64,000 bases of DNA, from contig OX044353.1 in NCBI GenBank assembly GCA_943846725.1, forward strand, positions 1,280,888 through 1,344,887. Reading direction: 5' to 3'. The position numbers and the translations under genes were made by a program. The first letter of the stretch is position 1. Every line of letters begins with the position of its first letter. Source of the stretch: an uncultured Gammaproteobacteria bacterium. GTDB taxonomy: Bacteria; Pseudomonadota; Gammaproteobacteria; Nitrosococcales; Methylophagaceae. The notes beneath the pieces are model-generated. The model worked only from the letters and a program-made list of their open reading frames with translations. It was not told where the DNA came from and did not search any database. Positions 9,400 through 19,343 of this stretch are shown here, piece after piece.

Positions 9400-11544
9400 T
9401 TAAAACTTTAAGTCATCTTTAATTATCTTAGGTGTAACGAACACGAGTAACTCACGCTTAGTATCTTCATTACTTGTAGTTTTAAATAAGAACCCTACAT
9501 AAGGTAAATCACCAAAAAATGGCACTCTTGTTGTTCCATTAATTTTTGACTGTTCATAAATACCACCTAAAACAACTGTCTCACCATTATCGACTAACAC
9601 TTGTGTTTTCACACTACGTGTATCAATACTTGGTACACCAGCAACAACCGTACCTACCTCATCTTTATTCACTTCAAGATCCATGACAATATGATCATCA
9701 GGTGTTATCTGTGGTGTTACTTCCAATTTCAACACTGCCTCTTTAAACTCTACAGTGGTTGCTCCACTGGAGCTTGCTTCTTGGTAAGGTATTTCCGTAC
9801 CTTGTTGTATTAAGGCAGTCTGTTGGTTTGAGGTTATTACTCTAGGACTAGAAATAATTTCGCCTTGTCCCTCTTCCTGCATTGCTGAAAGTTCAAGCTC
9901 AAGAATCATTCCTAAAGGAAGTTTAGCTAATGCTAATGCTAAAGTACCTGCAGGATTAATGACCGGCAAGTTAACATTTAAGTTTTGATTTAATCCAGGT
10001 GGATTTGTTGCTGTAGACGGAACTTCTAATAAATTATTATCTGATGTTCCGGTTATATTACTCAAACTACCAGAAGTTGCAGCCCCCAATGTACGACTTC
10101 TAGCAGAAGCACCAAAGCGTACACCTAAATCCTTAGTGAAGTCATTATTGGCTATAACAATTCTTGATTCGATTAACACTTGTCGAACAGGTATATCAAG
10201 CTGCTCAATCAAGCCTCTGATTTGTACTAGTTGATCAGCAGTATCCCGAATAAGCAAAGAATTTGTTCGATTATCAATAGTTATACTGCCTCTTTCTGAT
10301 AAGAATCCAGAAACGCCAACACCAGAATTACTTCCCCCATCATTATCCAAAATTGCTGCCAACTCGGTAGCTTTAGCAAAATTAATTTCTATAATTTCAG
10401 AATAGAGCGGTTCTAACTCAATTAGTTGCTTTTGCGCCTCTAATTCTTGTTTTTCACGTGCTGCAATTTCTGCTGCTGGCGCAATTAACATGACATTACC
10501 ATTTTGGCGCATCGCCAAACCTTTGGTTTTCAAAATAATGTCTAATGCCTGATCCCAAGGCACATTTTTCAGCCTTAATGTTACATTGCCTTGCACTGTA
10601 TCACTGGTCACTAAATTAAGGCCGGTAAATTCCGCTAACAATTGCAAGACGGCTCTAACTTCAATGTTTTGGAAATTAAGTGATAATTTTTCACCTTTAT
10701 AACCAAACTGATCACGCCTAACCACAGCTTCTTTTTCAGTTTCAATAACTGGTTTAACTTCGACAATCAATGTTTTATCTGATTGGTAAGCGAGGTGCTC
10801 GAACTCACCTGATGTTGTTAAGACAAGTTGGGAATTGCGGCCTGCTTGATTACTCTCAATCGCTTTGACTGGTGTAGCAAAATCAGCCACGTCTAAACGT
10901 CTATGTAATCTTTCAGGTAGTGATGCTCCTGCTAAATCGACAATCAATGTATCGCCTTGTTGTCTCACATCAACAGCCGTACCTTCATTGCTTAACTCGA
11001 CCATTAATCTAGCTTCGCCTTGTTCTCCACGTCGAAAATCAATATCAACGACTTCACTACCACCACTTCGTTTTGCAATAGTTTGACTAGAACCGCTAAT
11101 AGTCAATTTGACAATGTTGTCTGTATGTTCAACGACATAAGCTGCTTTCTGCGCAAGATTAACGACCATGCGCGTTCTATTCCCTGCTTCGACAGTCGAT
11201 ACACTTTTTGTAACACCTATATTGATATCTTGCGTCTTTTTGTTCAGTTGGTTAGCCACTCCTGCAAAATCAAGTACAATTCTTGCTGGCTCATCAATTG
11301 AAAAGCTATTCGGCCCATCAATGGCTTCAGAGAAAGTCAAAACAATCTGAGTTTTGGCACCTGGCAAAGACGAATAGTCTAAGCCTTGTAACTCAGCAGA
11401 TATGGCTTGTTTTGGCATTAAAACTAGCGAACTTGCCAGTATCAAAAACACTATTTTAAATAAATTCGCTAATCGTTGATTACCAAGCATTATTAACTGT
11501 TGTATTTTCATCATAATTCCATCATCGCTAGTTATTTTATTCAA
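9400..11544 (-). CDS. pilQ: type IV pilus secretin
   Basis: 714 aa. It has a signal sequence, N-terminal AMIN-like repeats and a C-terminal secretin domain (VLVDNGETVVLGGIY...VPFFGDLPYVGFLFK). The track start is TTG, and an ATG 30 nt downstream is an alternative. Confidence 0.92.
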   Translation of the reverse strand: MNKITSDDGIMMKIQQLIMLGNQRLANLFKIVFLILASSLVLMPKQAISAELQGLDYSSLPGAKTQIVLTFSEAIDGPNSFSIDEPARIVLDFAGVANQLNKKTQDINIGVTKSVSTVEAGNRTRMVVNLAQKAAYVVEHTDNIVKLTISGSSQTIAKRSGGSEVVDIDFRRGEQGEARLMVELSNEGTAVDVRQQGDTLIVDLAGASLPERLHRRLDVADFATPVKAIESNQAGRNSQLVLTTSGEFEHLAYQSDKTLIVEVKPVIETEKEAVVRRDQFGYKGEKLSLNFQNIEVRAVLQLLAEFTGLNLVTSDTVQGNVTLRLKNVPWDQALDIILKTKGLAMRQNGNVMLIAPAAEIAAREKQELEAQKQLIELEPLYSEIIEINFAKATELAAILDNDGGSNSGVGVSGFLSERGSITIDNRTNSLLIRDTADQLVQIRGLIEQLDIPVRQVLIESRIVIANNDFTKDLGVRFGASARSRTLGAATSGSLSNITGTSDNNLLEVPSTATNPPGLNQNLNVNLPVINPAGTLALALAKLPLGMILELELSAMQEEGQGEIISSPRVITSNQQTALIQQGTEIPYQEASSSGATTVEFKEAVLKLEVTPQITPDDHIVMDLEVNKDEVGTVVAGVPSIDTRSVKTQVLVDNGETVVLGGIYEQSKINGTTRVPFFGDLPYVGFLFKTTSNEDTKRELLVFVTPKIIKDDLKF

Positions 11545-11547
11545 TCT

Positions 11548-12108
11548 CTAATTTATTTCAGCAATAGGTAGAGATGACTCCCTCTCAATATAGCTGCCAC
11601 TACCACTGAGTATGATCTCTTTCAGGCTTATTTCACTTGGGCTTATTGATAATATTTGGCCGTGGTTCTTACCCATATAATTACCAACCTGTACCCTATT
11701 AATAATGCCATCCGAAGCTCGAATCAATCCCCACATGCCTTCTTTTTCGAGTGTTCCAACAAACTGAAGTTCACTTAATTCGTATAACTCAAGCGCTTCC
11801 TTTCTTCTATGTTGTTCTGGCCTAAGACCATTGTCGACAACGGCTTGTTTATTTTCGTCATCAGCTAAATCGACTACAGTTGCTGTAAAAGGATCTCTTA
11901 ACTCTGCAGCAGCATAATCAAACTGTTGATAGGGCTTCATTACCGGAATAGGTTCAATATCGGGTTTTTGTTTAGCAGCTACATCAGCAACATATGTCTG
12001 CAAATCTTGCTTTTGGTCCATACACCCTGTCAATAAAAGCAACGTTAGTGGCAATAAAAAGCCTGTCCTTTTTTGCAAAACTTTCATCATCTTAAGATTA
12101 CTCATCAT
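11548..12108 (-). CDS. pilP: type IV pilus assembly lipoprotein
   Basis: 186 aa with lipobox LLLTGC. It sits in the pilMNOPQ order, with a 1-nt stop/start overlap with pilO. Confidence 0.85.
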   Translation of the reverse strand: MMSNLKMMKVLQKRTGFLLPLTLLLLTGCMDQKQDLQTYVADVAAKQKPDIEPIPVMKPYQQFDYAAAELRDPFTATVVDLADDENKQAVVDNGLRPEQHRRKEALELYELSELQFVGTLEKEGMWGLIRASDGIINRVQVGNYMGKNHGQILSISPSEISLKEIILSGSGSYIERESSLPIAEIN

Positions 12109-12701
12109 TATTTATTTTCTTCAATTTCTTCATCGAAATAACGGTATGTTTTAGCAGTTATATCCATAGTCATTAAGCCACTGCCTAAAGGCTTCATCGT
12201 TAAATTATGCATCGTTACTATTCGAGGTAAAGCAGCAATAGCGCCTACAAACTCACCAAATTGATGATAGCTGCCGGTGACTTTCATTTGGATAGGAAGC
12301 TCCGCATAAAAATCCACTGGTCGCTCGCCTGCAGGCTTAAACAATTCAAATTCTAAGCCATTAACCAGTCCTGTCCTTGAGATGTCAATCAACAAATCTG
12401 CCACTTCACTTTTCCGCGGCAACTGTTGCAACATTGAAGAAAACGCAACGCGCATTTCTACCATTTGCTCTTTATACGCCTCTAGGTTCACTGCCTTGGC
12501 ATATTTTTTCTCAAACTCTTGTTTAAGCGCTAACTCTTTCTGTTCCGCAGCTTCAAGTTCAATTGTTTTATCTTTAATGATGACATAATATCCTGCAACA
12601 AGCAGAGTAATACACAATAGCAAAACAGCTAATATTTTGAATAATTGTGGCCATTCACCTGGCTCATTGAATTCAATATCGGATAAAGAAGGAATTTCCA
12701 T
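12108..12701 (-). CDS. pilO: type IV pilus assembly protein
   Basis: 197 aa with a single TM helix followed by a coiled coil. It lies between pilN and pilP, with 1-nt overlaps on both sides. Confidence 0.85.
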   Translation of the reverse strand: MEIPSLSDIEFNEPGEWPQLFKILAVLLLCITLLVAGYYVIIKDKTIELEAAEQKELALKQEFEKKYAKAVNLEAYKEQMVEMRVAFSSMLQQLPRKSEVADLLIDISRTGLVNGLEFELFKPAGERPVDFYAELPIQMKVTGSYHQFGEFVGAIAALPRIVTMHNLTMKPLGSGLMTMDITAKTYRYFDEEIEENK

Positions 12702-13252
12702 TACTCGACTCCCTCTTCGACCTTTGGTTTTGACTCGTTAACAGTCAAAGTGAAACTCTTTGTTTGTGCCGAGCGCTGAATCACTTTTAGGTCGGACTCA
12801 TCTAATTCAGTATTTTTATCCACTTCACGCATAAAAACCGAAACCCGAGCATTAGATTGTGCAATACCATTAAATGTCAAAGAAGCACCTTGCCTTGTAA
12901 CACTTGTCAAGTGGACGCCTTCTGGCACCACTCTAGCTAAAGAATCTAATATTTTCACTACTTTGGGTCTACTCTCTTGTAATTCTTGTATTACCTGCAT
13001 TCTAGCTAGCAACCTATCACGCTCACGCTCAAGTGTTTTTATTTCTTTTATTTTTTTATCTAAGACAGCAATTTCAGTTTTTAAATAATTATTTCTGTCA
13101 TTTTGTTCATCTATCAAACTATTAACAAATAAAACAACGCTATAGAACAAAACTGCTGTCAACACAACACTCAACCCTGTCCCGATTGCAAACTGTTTTA
13201 ATCTTTCTTGCCGTTTTTCTTCACGCCATGGAAGTAAATTAATATGTGCCAT
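12701..13252 (-). CDS. pilN: type IV pilus assembly protein
   Basis: 183 aa. It has the N-terminal INLLPWREE motif, a TM helix and a coiled coil. Confidence 0.87.
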   Translation of the reverse strand: MAHINLLPWREEKRQERLKQFAIGTGLSVVLTAVLFYSVVLFVNSLIDEQNDRNNYLKTEIAVLDKKIKEIKTLERERDRLLARMQVIQELQESRPKVVKILDSLARVVPEGVHLTSVTRQGASLTFNGIAQSNARVSVFMREVDKNTELDESDLKVIQRSAQTKSFTLTVNESKPKVEEGVE

Positions 13253-14310
13253 TAGTCAAAACTCCTCATCGCTAAGCCACATGCTATTAGCATGGAAGGA
13301 GCATCATTACTTAATGCTTGAATTTTAATATTGGGGCCCAAAATCATATTTGAAAACGGATTCGCTATTGAAGTGGGTGTTCCGGTATCTTCTTCAATCA
13401 TTGCATCAACACCAGCGATAGAAGCGCAACCACCAGCTAGGATAATATAATCTATTGATTGATATTGCGTTGATGCTGAGAAAAAGAATTGTAGTGCTCT
13501 TGTTATTGTCGTAGCCATAGTTCGTTTAAATGGCTCCAGCACTTTTTCATTGTAATCTTCTGGCAAATTACTGGTTTTCTTTGCTCGACCGGCTTCCTGA
13601 TAAGACATGCCATAATGACGTTCAATATCTTCAGTTAGCATACGTCCACCAAAAGCCTGCTCACGAGTAAACACAATTTTGCCATCCACAAGGACATGCA
13701 ATGTTGTAACAGCTGAGCCCACATCAAAAACGGCTACTGTCAAACCCTGGCCTTGATTAGGCATTTGCTGCGTAATCAGACTAAAGCTATTTTCAATCGT
13801 ATAAGCCTCTACATCAACTAATTTAGGCTTCAGACCGGCTTCTTCTAACACGCTGGTTCTAATATCAACATTTTCACTACGCGATGCTGCTAATAAAACA
13901 TCAACGGCCTCCGCATCAGCAGATGACGTACCGACAACCTCAAAGTCCAACCTGACTTCTTCTAACGGGTACGGAATGTAGGTATCAGCCTCAAGCATAA
14001 TTTGCTCTTCCATTTCACGCTCGGATAAGCTTGCTGGAAATGAGACTATTTTAGTAATAGCTGAATTAGCAGATACGGCGACTGCGGCATCTTTAGCTTT
14101 TGTTCCAGAACGCTTAACCGCTCTCTTTATAGCGCCTGCAACTTCACTCACATTGTCAATTCGGCCTTCAACAACGGCATTAAGTGGAAGTGGCTCAACA
14201 GCATAGGATTCAACTCTATATTTTTCATTGATGTGATTAAGCTCAAGCACTTTAACCACTGATGAACTAATATCGATCCCTAAAAGCGAAGATTTTTTTC
14301 GTCCAAACAT
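13252..14310 (-). CDS. pilM: type IV pilus assembly ATPase-fold protein
   Basis: 352 aa with an actin-like fold (LGIDISSSVVKV, VFDVGSAVTT, LAGGCASIAG). It is the first gene of the pil operon. Confidence 0.92.
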   Translation of the reverse strand: MFGRKKSSLLGIDISSSVVKVLELNHINEKYRVESYAVEPLPLNAVVEGRIDNVSEVAGAIKRAVKRSGTKAKDAAVAVSANSAITKIVSFPASLSEREMEEQIMLEADTYIPYPLEEVRLDFEVVGTSSADAEAVDVLLAASRSENVDIRTSVLEEAGLKPKLVDVEAYTIENSFSLITQQMPNQGQGLTVAVFDVGSAVTTLHVLVDGKIVFTREQAFGGRMLTEDIERHYGMSYQEAGRAKKTSNLPEDYNEKVLEPFKRTMATTITRALQFFFSASTQYQSIDYIILAGGCASIAGVDAMIEEDTGTPTSIANPFSNMILGPNIKIQALSNDAPSMLIACGLAMRSFD

Positions 14311-14510
14311 TTATCGCTCTACTCCTAATTTAACCGCAACAAACCACCACTTAGAATTGTAAGTTAATGTAGTTTCTCAAAACTATAGTGCATGTTTATA
14401 TAAAAAACAACAATTACACTGAAACTTTTTTAATTCTATTTCTATAGCATCATAATATATACTTATATCCACCTGTAATAATTTTATCAACTCGGCGATT
14501 AAAAAATATC

Positions 14511-16904
14511 ATGCTACGTCACATTAAACGATTACTCGCCTCAATTTTTATTGTTTTAATCCTAGCGTCCATTTCTGCAGTCACAGTTTACTATATCCTT
14601 GCACCAAAACTGCCGCCCGCAGCCAGTTTACGTGACATACAGCTGCAAGTCCCGCTACGAGTATATAGTTCGGAAGGCTTTTTACTCGCTGAGTTTGGCG
14701 ATAAAAGGCGCATCCCCGTTGATTATGAAAATATTCCTCCCCAATTAATCGAAGCATTCCTGGCCGCGGAAGATGATCGCTTTTTTGAACATCCAGGTGT
14801 CGACTATCAAGGGATTTTAAGAGCAGTCTACGCCCTAGTCATGACAGGTCAAAAAGCCCAAGGCGGCAGTACTATCACCATGCAAGTAGCACGCAATTTC
14901 TTTTTAAGTAATGAAAAAACCTACCTACGCAAATTAAATGAAATTATTCTAGCGCTACAAATCGAGCAGAAATTAAGCAAACAAGAGATACTGTCACTTT
15001 ATCTTAATAAGATATATCTAGGTAAGCGAGCATACGGCGTTGCTGCTGCTGCGAATGTTTATTATGGAAAATCCTTAGATGAACTGAGCCTGCCTGAGCT
15101 TGCCATGATAGCCGGCTTACCAAAAGCACCTTCACGCTATAATCCAATTGCAAATCCTGACAAGGCGATAGGTAGAAGAAATTATGTTTTACGTCGCATG
15201 CATGAAGTGCGTTATATATCAGAGCAAGACTCTCAGCTCGCTAAAGAACAACCGATAACAGCCGCGTACCATGGCCGCGATATCGAAGTGTATTCCCCTT
15301 ATGTCGCAGAAATTGTCCGCAATAAAGTAACGGAGCTTTACGGCGATGAAGCCTATAATTTAGGGCTAAGTGTTCACACAACGATAAAAGCTGAACATCA
15401 AAATGCTGCCAATAACGCCCTCCAATCAGCATTACTTGCCTATGATCGTCGTCATGGTTATCGAGGGGCACAACAATCAATTGCACTTGATACTCTTTCG
15501 AAGGAAGTGCTCGAACAACAATTGTCAGAAGCTAAGACAATAGGCCCACTGGAGCCCGGCATCATTCTTTCGCTAGAAGACAAAGTAGCAACTGTACAAA
15601 TAAAACAGCATGGTACTGCGACAATAAAACTGAGCTCACTATCGTGGGCCGGAAAACAATTAAGTACCAATGGCCGAGGGCCCAAACCCAAAAAAACTCA
15701 GGATATTTTCAAACAAGGCGACTTGGCTTACTTCCATTTGGATAGTAATGAGCAATGGCAGTTAGCTCAGCTACCTGAAGTGGAAGGTGCGCTCATTGCC
15801 TTATCACCTTTTGATGGCGCGATAACGGCTCTAAATGGTGGGTTTGACTACTTCAATAATAAATTCAATCGCGTTACACAATCGAAACGCCAACCGGGAT
15901 CCGGCTTTAAACCTTTCATCTATTCTGCCGCACTAGAAAAGGGTTACACCGCAGCCAGCATCATTAACGATGCGCCCGTCGTATTAGATAATGTGAGTGT
16001 CGAGAACATTTGGCGGCCCTCTAATTATAGTGGCAAATTTTTTGGGCCAACACGCTTACGGGAAGCATTAACACATTCAAGAAATCTAGTTTCAATTCGT
16101 CTACTCCGTGACATTACGGCCAATTATGCGATCGACTATGCGCAACGTTTTGGTTTCGATACCAGCCAAATGCCCCGCAACCTATCTCTTGCACTAGGCA
16201 GCGGTAGTGCCGCCCCATGGGATATGGCACGCGCATATGCCAGCCTAGCAAATGGGGGTTACCGCATTGAACCCTATATGATCCAGCGAATCGAAGATGT
16301 TGAAGGCAACATCCTCCAACAAGCGCAGCCAGACACAGTCTGTGAAACATGCCTTATCGTTGAAACAGGTGATCAACTGAACAGCAATGAACAGGTTTAC
16401 GGTTTCACGCCAGCAAAACGAATCATGACACCACAAAATGCCTACATTATGAATAGTCTACTGCGTGATGTTGTTCGTTTTGGCACGGGACGCAAGGCCA
16501 TGAGCCTAGGTCGACAAGATCTTGCAGGCAAAACAGGAACAACAAACGATCAAATTGATGCCTGGTTTAACGGCTTTCATCCTGACTTAGTTGCTATCAG
16601 CTGGGTTGGGTTTGATAATCCCCGCAGCCTAGGTCGATATGAAACAGGAGGTAAAGCTGCTTTACCAATGTGGATGAACTTTATGGAAGTGGCTCTTAAA
16701 GGTGTACCCGAAAAACCACTTGAACTTCCTACGGATATGATCACAGTAAAAATAAATCCAGATACAGGCTTATTAGCAATGCCAAGTGAGCCAAATGCTG
16801 TATACGAAAGTTTCCGTAAGGATCATGCCCCTACTCAGTTTGGCTCAACACTCAATGCCAATAATACCGATGGTGGTGGCACGCCAATAATTGATTTATT
16901 TTAA
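14511..16904 (+). CDS. mrcA: penicillin-binding protein 1A (bifunctional glycosyltransferase/transpeptidase)
   Basis: 797 aa with a TM anchor. Glycosyltransferase motifs are EDDRFFEHPG and GGSTITMQ. Transpeptidase motifs are SGFKP (SxxK), SRN and KTGTT. It is divergent from pilM, as in many gammaproteobacteria. Confidence 0.93.
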   Translation: MLRHIKRLLASIFIVLILASISAVTVYYILAPKLPPAASLRDIQLQVPLRVYSSEGFLLAEFGDKRRIPVDYENIPPQLIEAFLAAEDDRFFEHPGVDYQGILRAVYALVMTGQKAQGGSTITMQVARNFFLSNEKTYLRKLNEIILALQIEQKLSKQEILSLYLNKIYLGKRAYGVAAAANVYYGKSLDELSLPELAMIAGLPKAPSRYNPIANPDKAIGRRNYVLRRMHEVRYISEQDSQLAKEQPITAAYHGRDIEVYSPYVAEIVRNKVTELYGDEAYNLGLSVHTTIKAEHQNAANNALQSALLAYDRRHGYRGAQQSIALDTLSKEVLEQQLSEAKTIGPLEPGIILSLEDKVATVQIKQHGTATIKLSSLSWAGKQLSTNGRGPKPKKTQDIFKQGDLAYFHLDSNEQWQLAQLPEVEGALIALSPFDGAITALNGGFDYFNNKFNRVTQSKRQPGSGFKPFIYSAALEKGYTAASIINDAPVVLDNVSVENIWRPSNYSGKFFGPTRLREALTHSRNLVSIRLLRDITANYAIDYAQRFGFDTSQMPRNLSLALGSGSAAPWDMARAYASLANGGYRIEPYMIQRIEDVEGNILQQAQPDTVCETCLIVETGDQLNSNEQVYGFTPAKRIMTPQNAYIMNSLLRDVVRFGTGRKAMSLGRQDLAGKTGTTNDQIDAWFNGFHPDLVAISWVGFDNPRSLGRYETGGKAALPMWMNFMEVALKGVPEKPLELPTDMITVKINPDTGLLAMPSEPNAVYESFRKDHAPTQFGSTLNANNTDGGGTPIIDLF

Positions 16905-16912
16905 AGTTTGGG

Positions 16913-18382
16913 CTAATTAACTAGTTTAACTAATTGACCTGCCCTCAACTCACCATTTGGATAATGACCATTCAACAAGCGAAGTTGCTGTTGTGGGCTA
17001 TTGCTTATTCTAGAAGCTGCAGACCACTTACGATAGCTGTCTTGAGTCGAAACTGTTACCACATTTAGTTTTTTCTCTCTCGCAAGCGGTACTTCTTTTT
17101 CAGTTAATCGATGTAGTGATCTTACTGTACTCAAAAATGCACGGTCAAATTGCTCAAAAGTATTCGCTTGCTTAGTGCTTGCGAAGAATATGAAAGCTTT
17201 ATCATTTAGATAAATGACAGAGACTCTAACCAATTTGCCTTTTACTTCAAATAAACCTGTATATCCATCCAAGCCATTTGAACTTAACCTTTGACCGGAT
17301 TTCAAACGTGGTAGTTCAAGGCGTTGCTCTATGAATTGTTGCGGCGTTATTCGGCGGTTAATATCAGCAGCGCCCAACTCTATTAATGCTGCGCCGCCAG
17401 CAGAGATAGCCTGCAAACTATTAGGCTTATTATTAATTTGCCATGACTCAGGAAAAGAAACTGCAAACCTCATCGGTAGGTGATAAAAATGACGACCCGA
17501 TGTTATGCCTTGCTCTTCACTTTCACCAAAAGTCATGCCATTAATTTTATTAAGATATTCAGAACGCTTAACCAAACCGTTAGGGGCCTGATACTGACCA
17601 GCTTTAGCAATCACTTGTTGTAAGCGAGTATCATTATCAGGGTGACTGGAAAATAGGCCGTGGTAACCCTGGACCTCTTTACCTTGTCTTTTGGCTTCCA
17701 TTTCTGCAAATATAGATTGATTCTTTAACACTCTGATCACATCCATCATCGCATCGACTTCATAGCCCGCCTTTGCAAGATACTCCGCACCTAAACCATC
17801 TGATTCAAGTTCATGATCGCGGCCATAACCGCTCAATAAAGCCCCACCCAAAATATTAAACAAATCTTGCGAGGGTGCAGAGCCTAATTCTGGCACTAAA
17901 ATAGAACCAATAGTAAAACCAATATTAGCGGCTTGGGCTGCACTTTGCTGGCGAACGCCATGCCTTGCAGTAACATGACCAATCTCATGACCTAATACAG
18001 CGGCAAGTTGAGATTCTGAATTAAGGTAAGACATTAAACCGCGAGTGATATAAATATAGCCACCCGGCAAAGCGAAGGCATTTATGACGGGTGAGTCCAA
18101 AACAGTAAAGCGATATATCAAATTATTTCTGTGGCTGACAGCTGCTAACTTATCTCCCACCGACTGCACATAAGCTTGAAGTGCTTCATCATTGTATCGA
18201 CCATACTGTTCAATAATTTTCGGGTGGTTGGCCCTGCCAAGTGAAATTTCACTACTTTCACTCAACATCACGAAATCATTACTACCCGTTACCGGGTTTT
18301 GCGCACAAGCTGAGAGCATTAAAAACAACAAAGCCCCTGCTAATAAGCAGAGGCTTTGTATATGTTTGTGACAGGTACTCAT
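16913..18382 (-). CDS. M48-family zinc metalloprotease lipoprotein with a LysM-like C-terminus
   Basis: 489 aa. It has lipobox MLSAC, zinc motif HEIGHV and a C-terminal segment (VVTVSTQDSY...LRAGQLVKLV) that looks LysM-like. Confidence 0.75.
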   Translation of the reverse strand: MSTCHKHIQSLCLLAGALLFLMLSACAQNPVTGSNDFVMLSESSEISLGRANHPKIIEQYGRYNDEALQAYVQSVGDKLAAVSHRNNLIYRFTVLDSPVINAFALPGGYIYITRGLMSYLNSESQLAAVLGHEIGHVTARHGVRQQSAAQAANIGFTIGSILVPELGSAPSQDLFNILGGALLSGYGRDHELESDGLGAEYLAKAGYEVDAMMDVIRVLKNQSIFAEMEAKRQGKEVQGYHGLFSSHPDNDTRLQQVIAKAGQYQAPNGLVKRSEYLNKINGMTFGESEEQGITSGRHFYHLPMRFAVSFPESWQINNKPNSLQAISAGGAALIELGAADINRRITPQQFIEQRLELPRLKSGQRLSSNGLDGYTGLFEVKGKLVRVSVIYLNDKAFIFFASTKQANTFEQFDRAFLSTVRSLHRLTEKEVPLAREKKLNVVTVSTQDSYRKWSAASRISNSPQQQLRLLNGHYPNGELRAGQLVKLVN

Positions 18383-18445
18383 AATTTATACGGTCACTAT
18401 AATTTATCCATCATTAACTCAGACAAGATACATGCCTGATTAAAA

Positions 18446-18646
18446 TTATTTACCGTATTTCTGGCGGAATTTATCAACACGACCAGCTGTGTCTAGCATT
18501 TTTTGCTTACCTGTGTAGAACGGGTGACATTCTGAGCAAACGTCCAATGTTAAAGCATTGCTACGTGTTGAACGTGTTTTAAATGTATTTCCGCAACTAC
18601 ATGTAACATCTATTTCATTATATTCTGGGTGGATATCCGCTTTCAT
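18446..18646 (-). CDS. rpmE: 50S ribosomal protein L31 (zinc-ribbon type A)
   Basis: MKADIHPEY...CSCGN...[12 protein letters not shown] matches L31. I trimmed 6 codons from the track start by homology with E. coli L31. Confidence 0.93.
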   Translation of the reverse strand: MKADIHPEYNEIDVTCSCGNTFKTRSTRSNALTLDVCSECHPFYTGKQKMLDTAGRVDKFRQKYGK

Positions 18647-18761
18647 ATCTATACTCGTTATCATATTTAGCCAAATCGATAGCCTTCTCAGCCATCAGGA
18701 CCGAGCAATTTTACTGATCAATCCTAACTTGAGCAAATTTATTTATCATAACCATTTAAGG

Positions 18762-19343
18762 TTATCGCTTTTCTGCAAACAACCAAGCCTGATTTCTCAT
18801 GCCCTCATTATGCTGGCCGAGTAATGCTTCTTCACGATAAACGCGCACTTTCATGCCTGCAAACAAACGAAGAAGCTCGTTGTCGGTTAATAAATAGTCT
18901 GGATTACTTGGACCAGAATCATTCACCTTTTGTTCACAAAAAGTTTGGTACATCAATAAACCACCTGGCTTAATCGCTTCATATAAAGCCGGACAAAGAG
19001 AGCGTGATAAAAAATGACTGACAAAAAGTACATCAAGACTATTAGGCTCTGGTGGATTTTTAACCACATCTCTGACTTGTGCATCTATTGTTAAATCCTT
19101 ATCTATGGCTCGAGTTGCTAACAGATCAATAGCCACTTCCGAGATATCCCATGCCTTAACAGACAATCCCCTTTCAGCCATCAATAATGCATTACCGCCC
19201 CGGCCGCAAGCCAGGTCTAAAGCAACGCCTTCTGTTGGCAACAGGTAATGATTATGCTGCAATACCTCAGCAATATGTGGCTCACCTTCTGCCTGCTGAT
19301 AAATAGTATTCCATTTCTGTTGTAATAGCTGAGTGCTCATCAA
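18762..19343 (-). CDS. class I SAM-dependent methyltransferase (TehB-like)
   Basis: 193 aa with motif I LDLACGRGGNA and motif post-I KAWDIS. The start abuts the trkH stop with no spacer. Confidence 0.7.
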   Translation of the reverse strand: MMSTQLLQQKWNTIYQQAEGEPHIAEVLQHNHYLLPTEGVALDLACGRGGNALLMAERGLSVKAWDISEVAIDLLATRAIDKDLTIDAQVRDVVKNPPEPNSLDVLFVSHFLSRSLCPALYEAIKPGGLLMYQTFCEQKVNDSGPSNPDYLLTDNELLRLFAGMKVRVYREEALLGQHNEGMRNQAWLFAEKR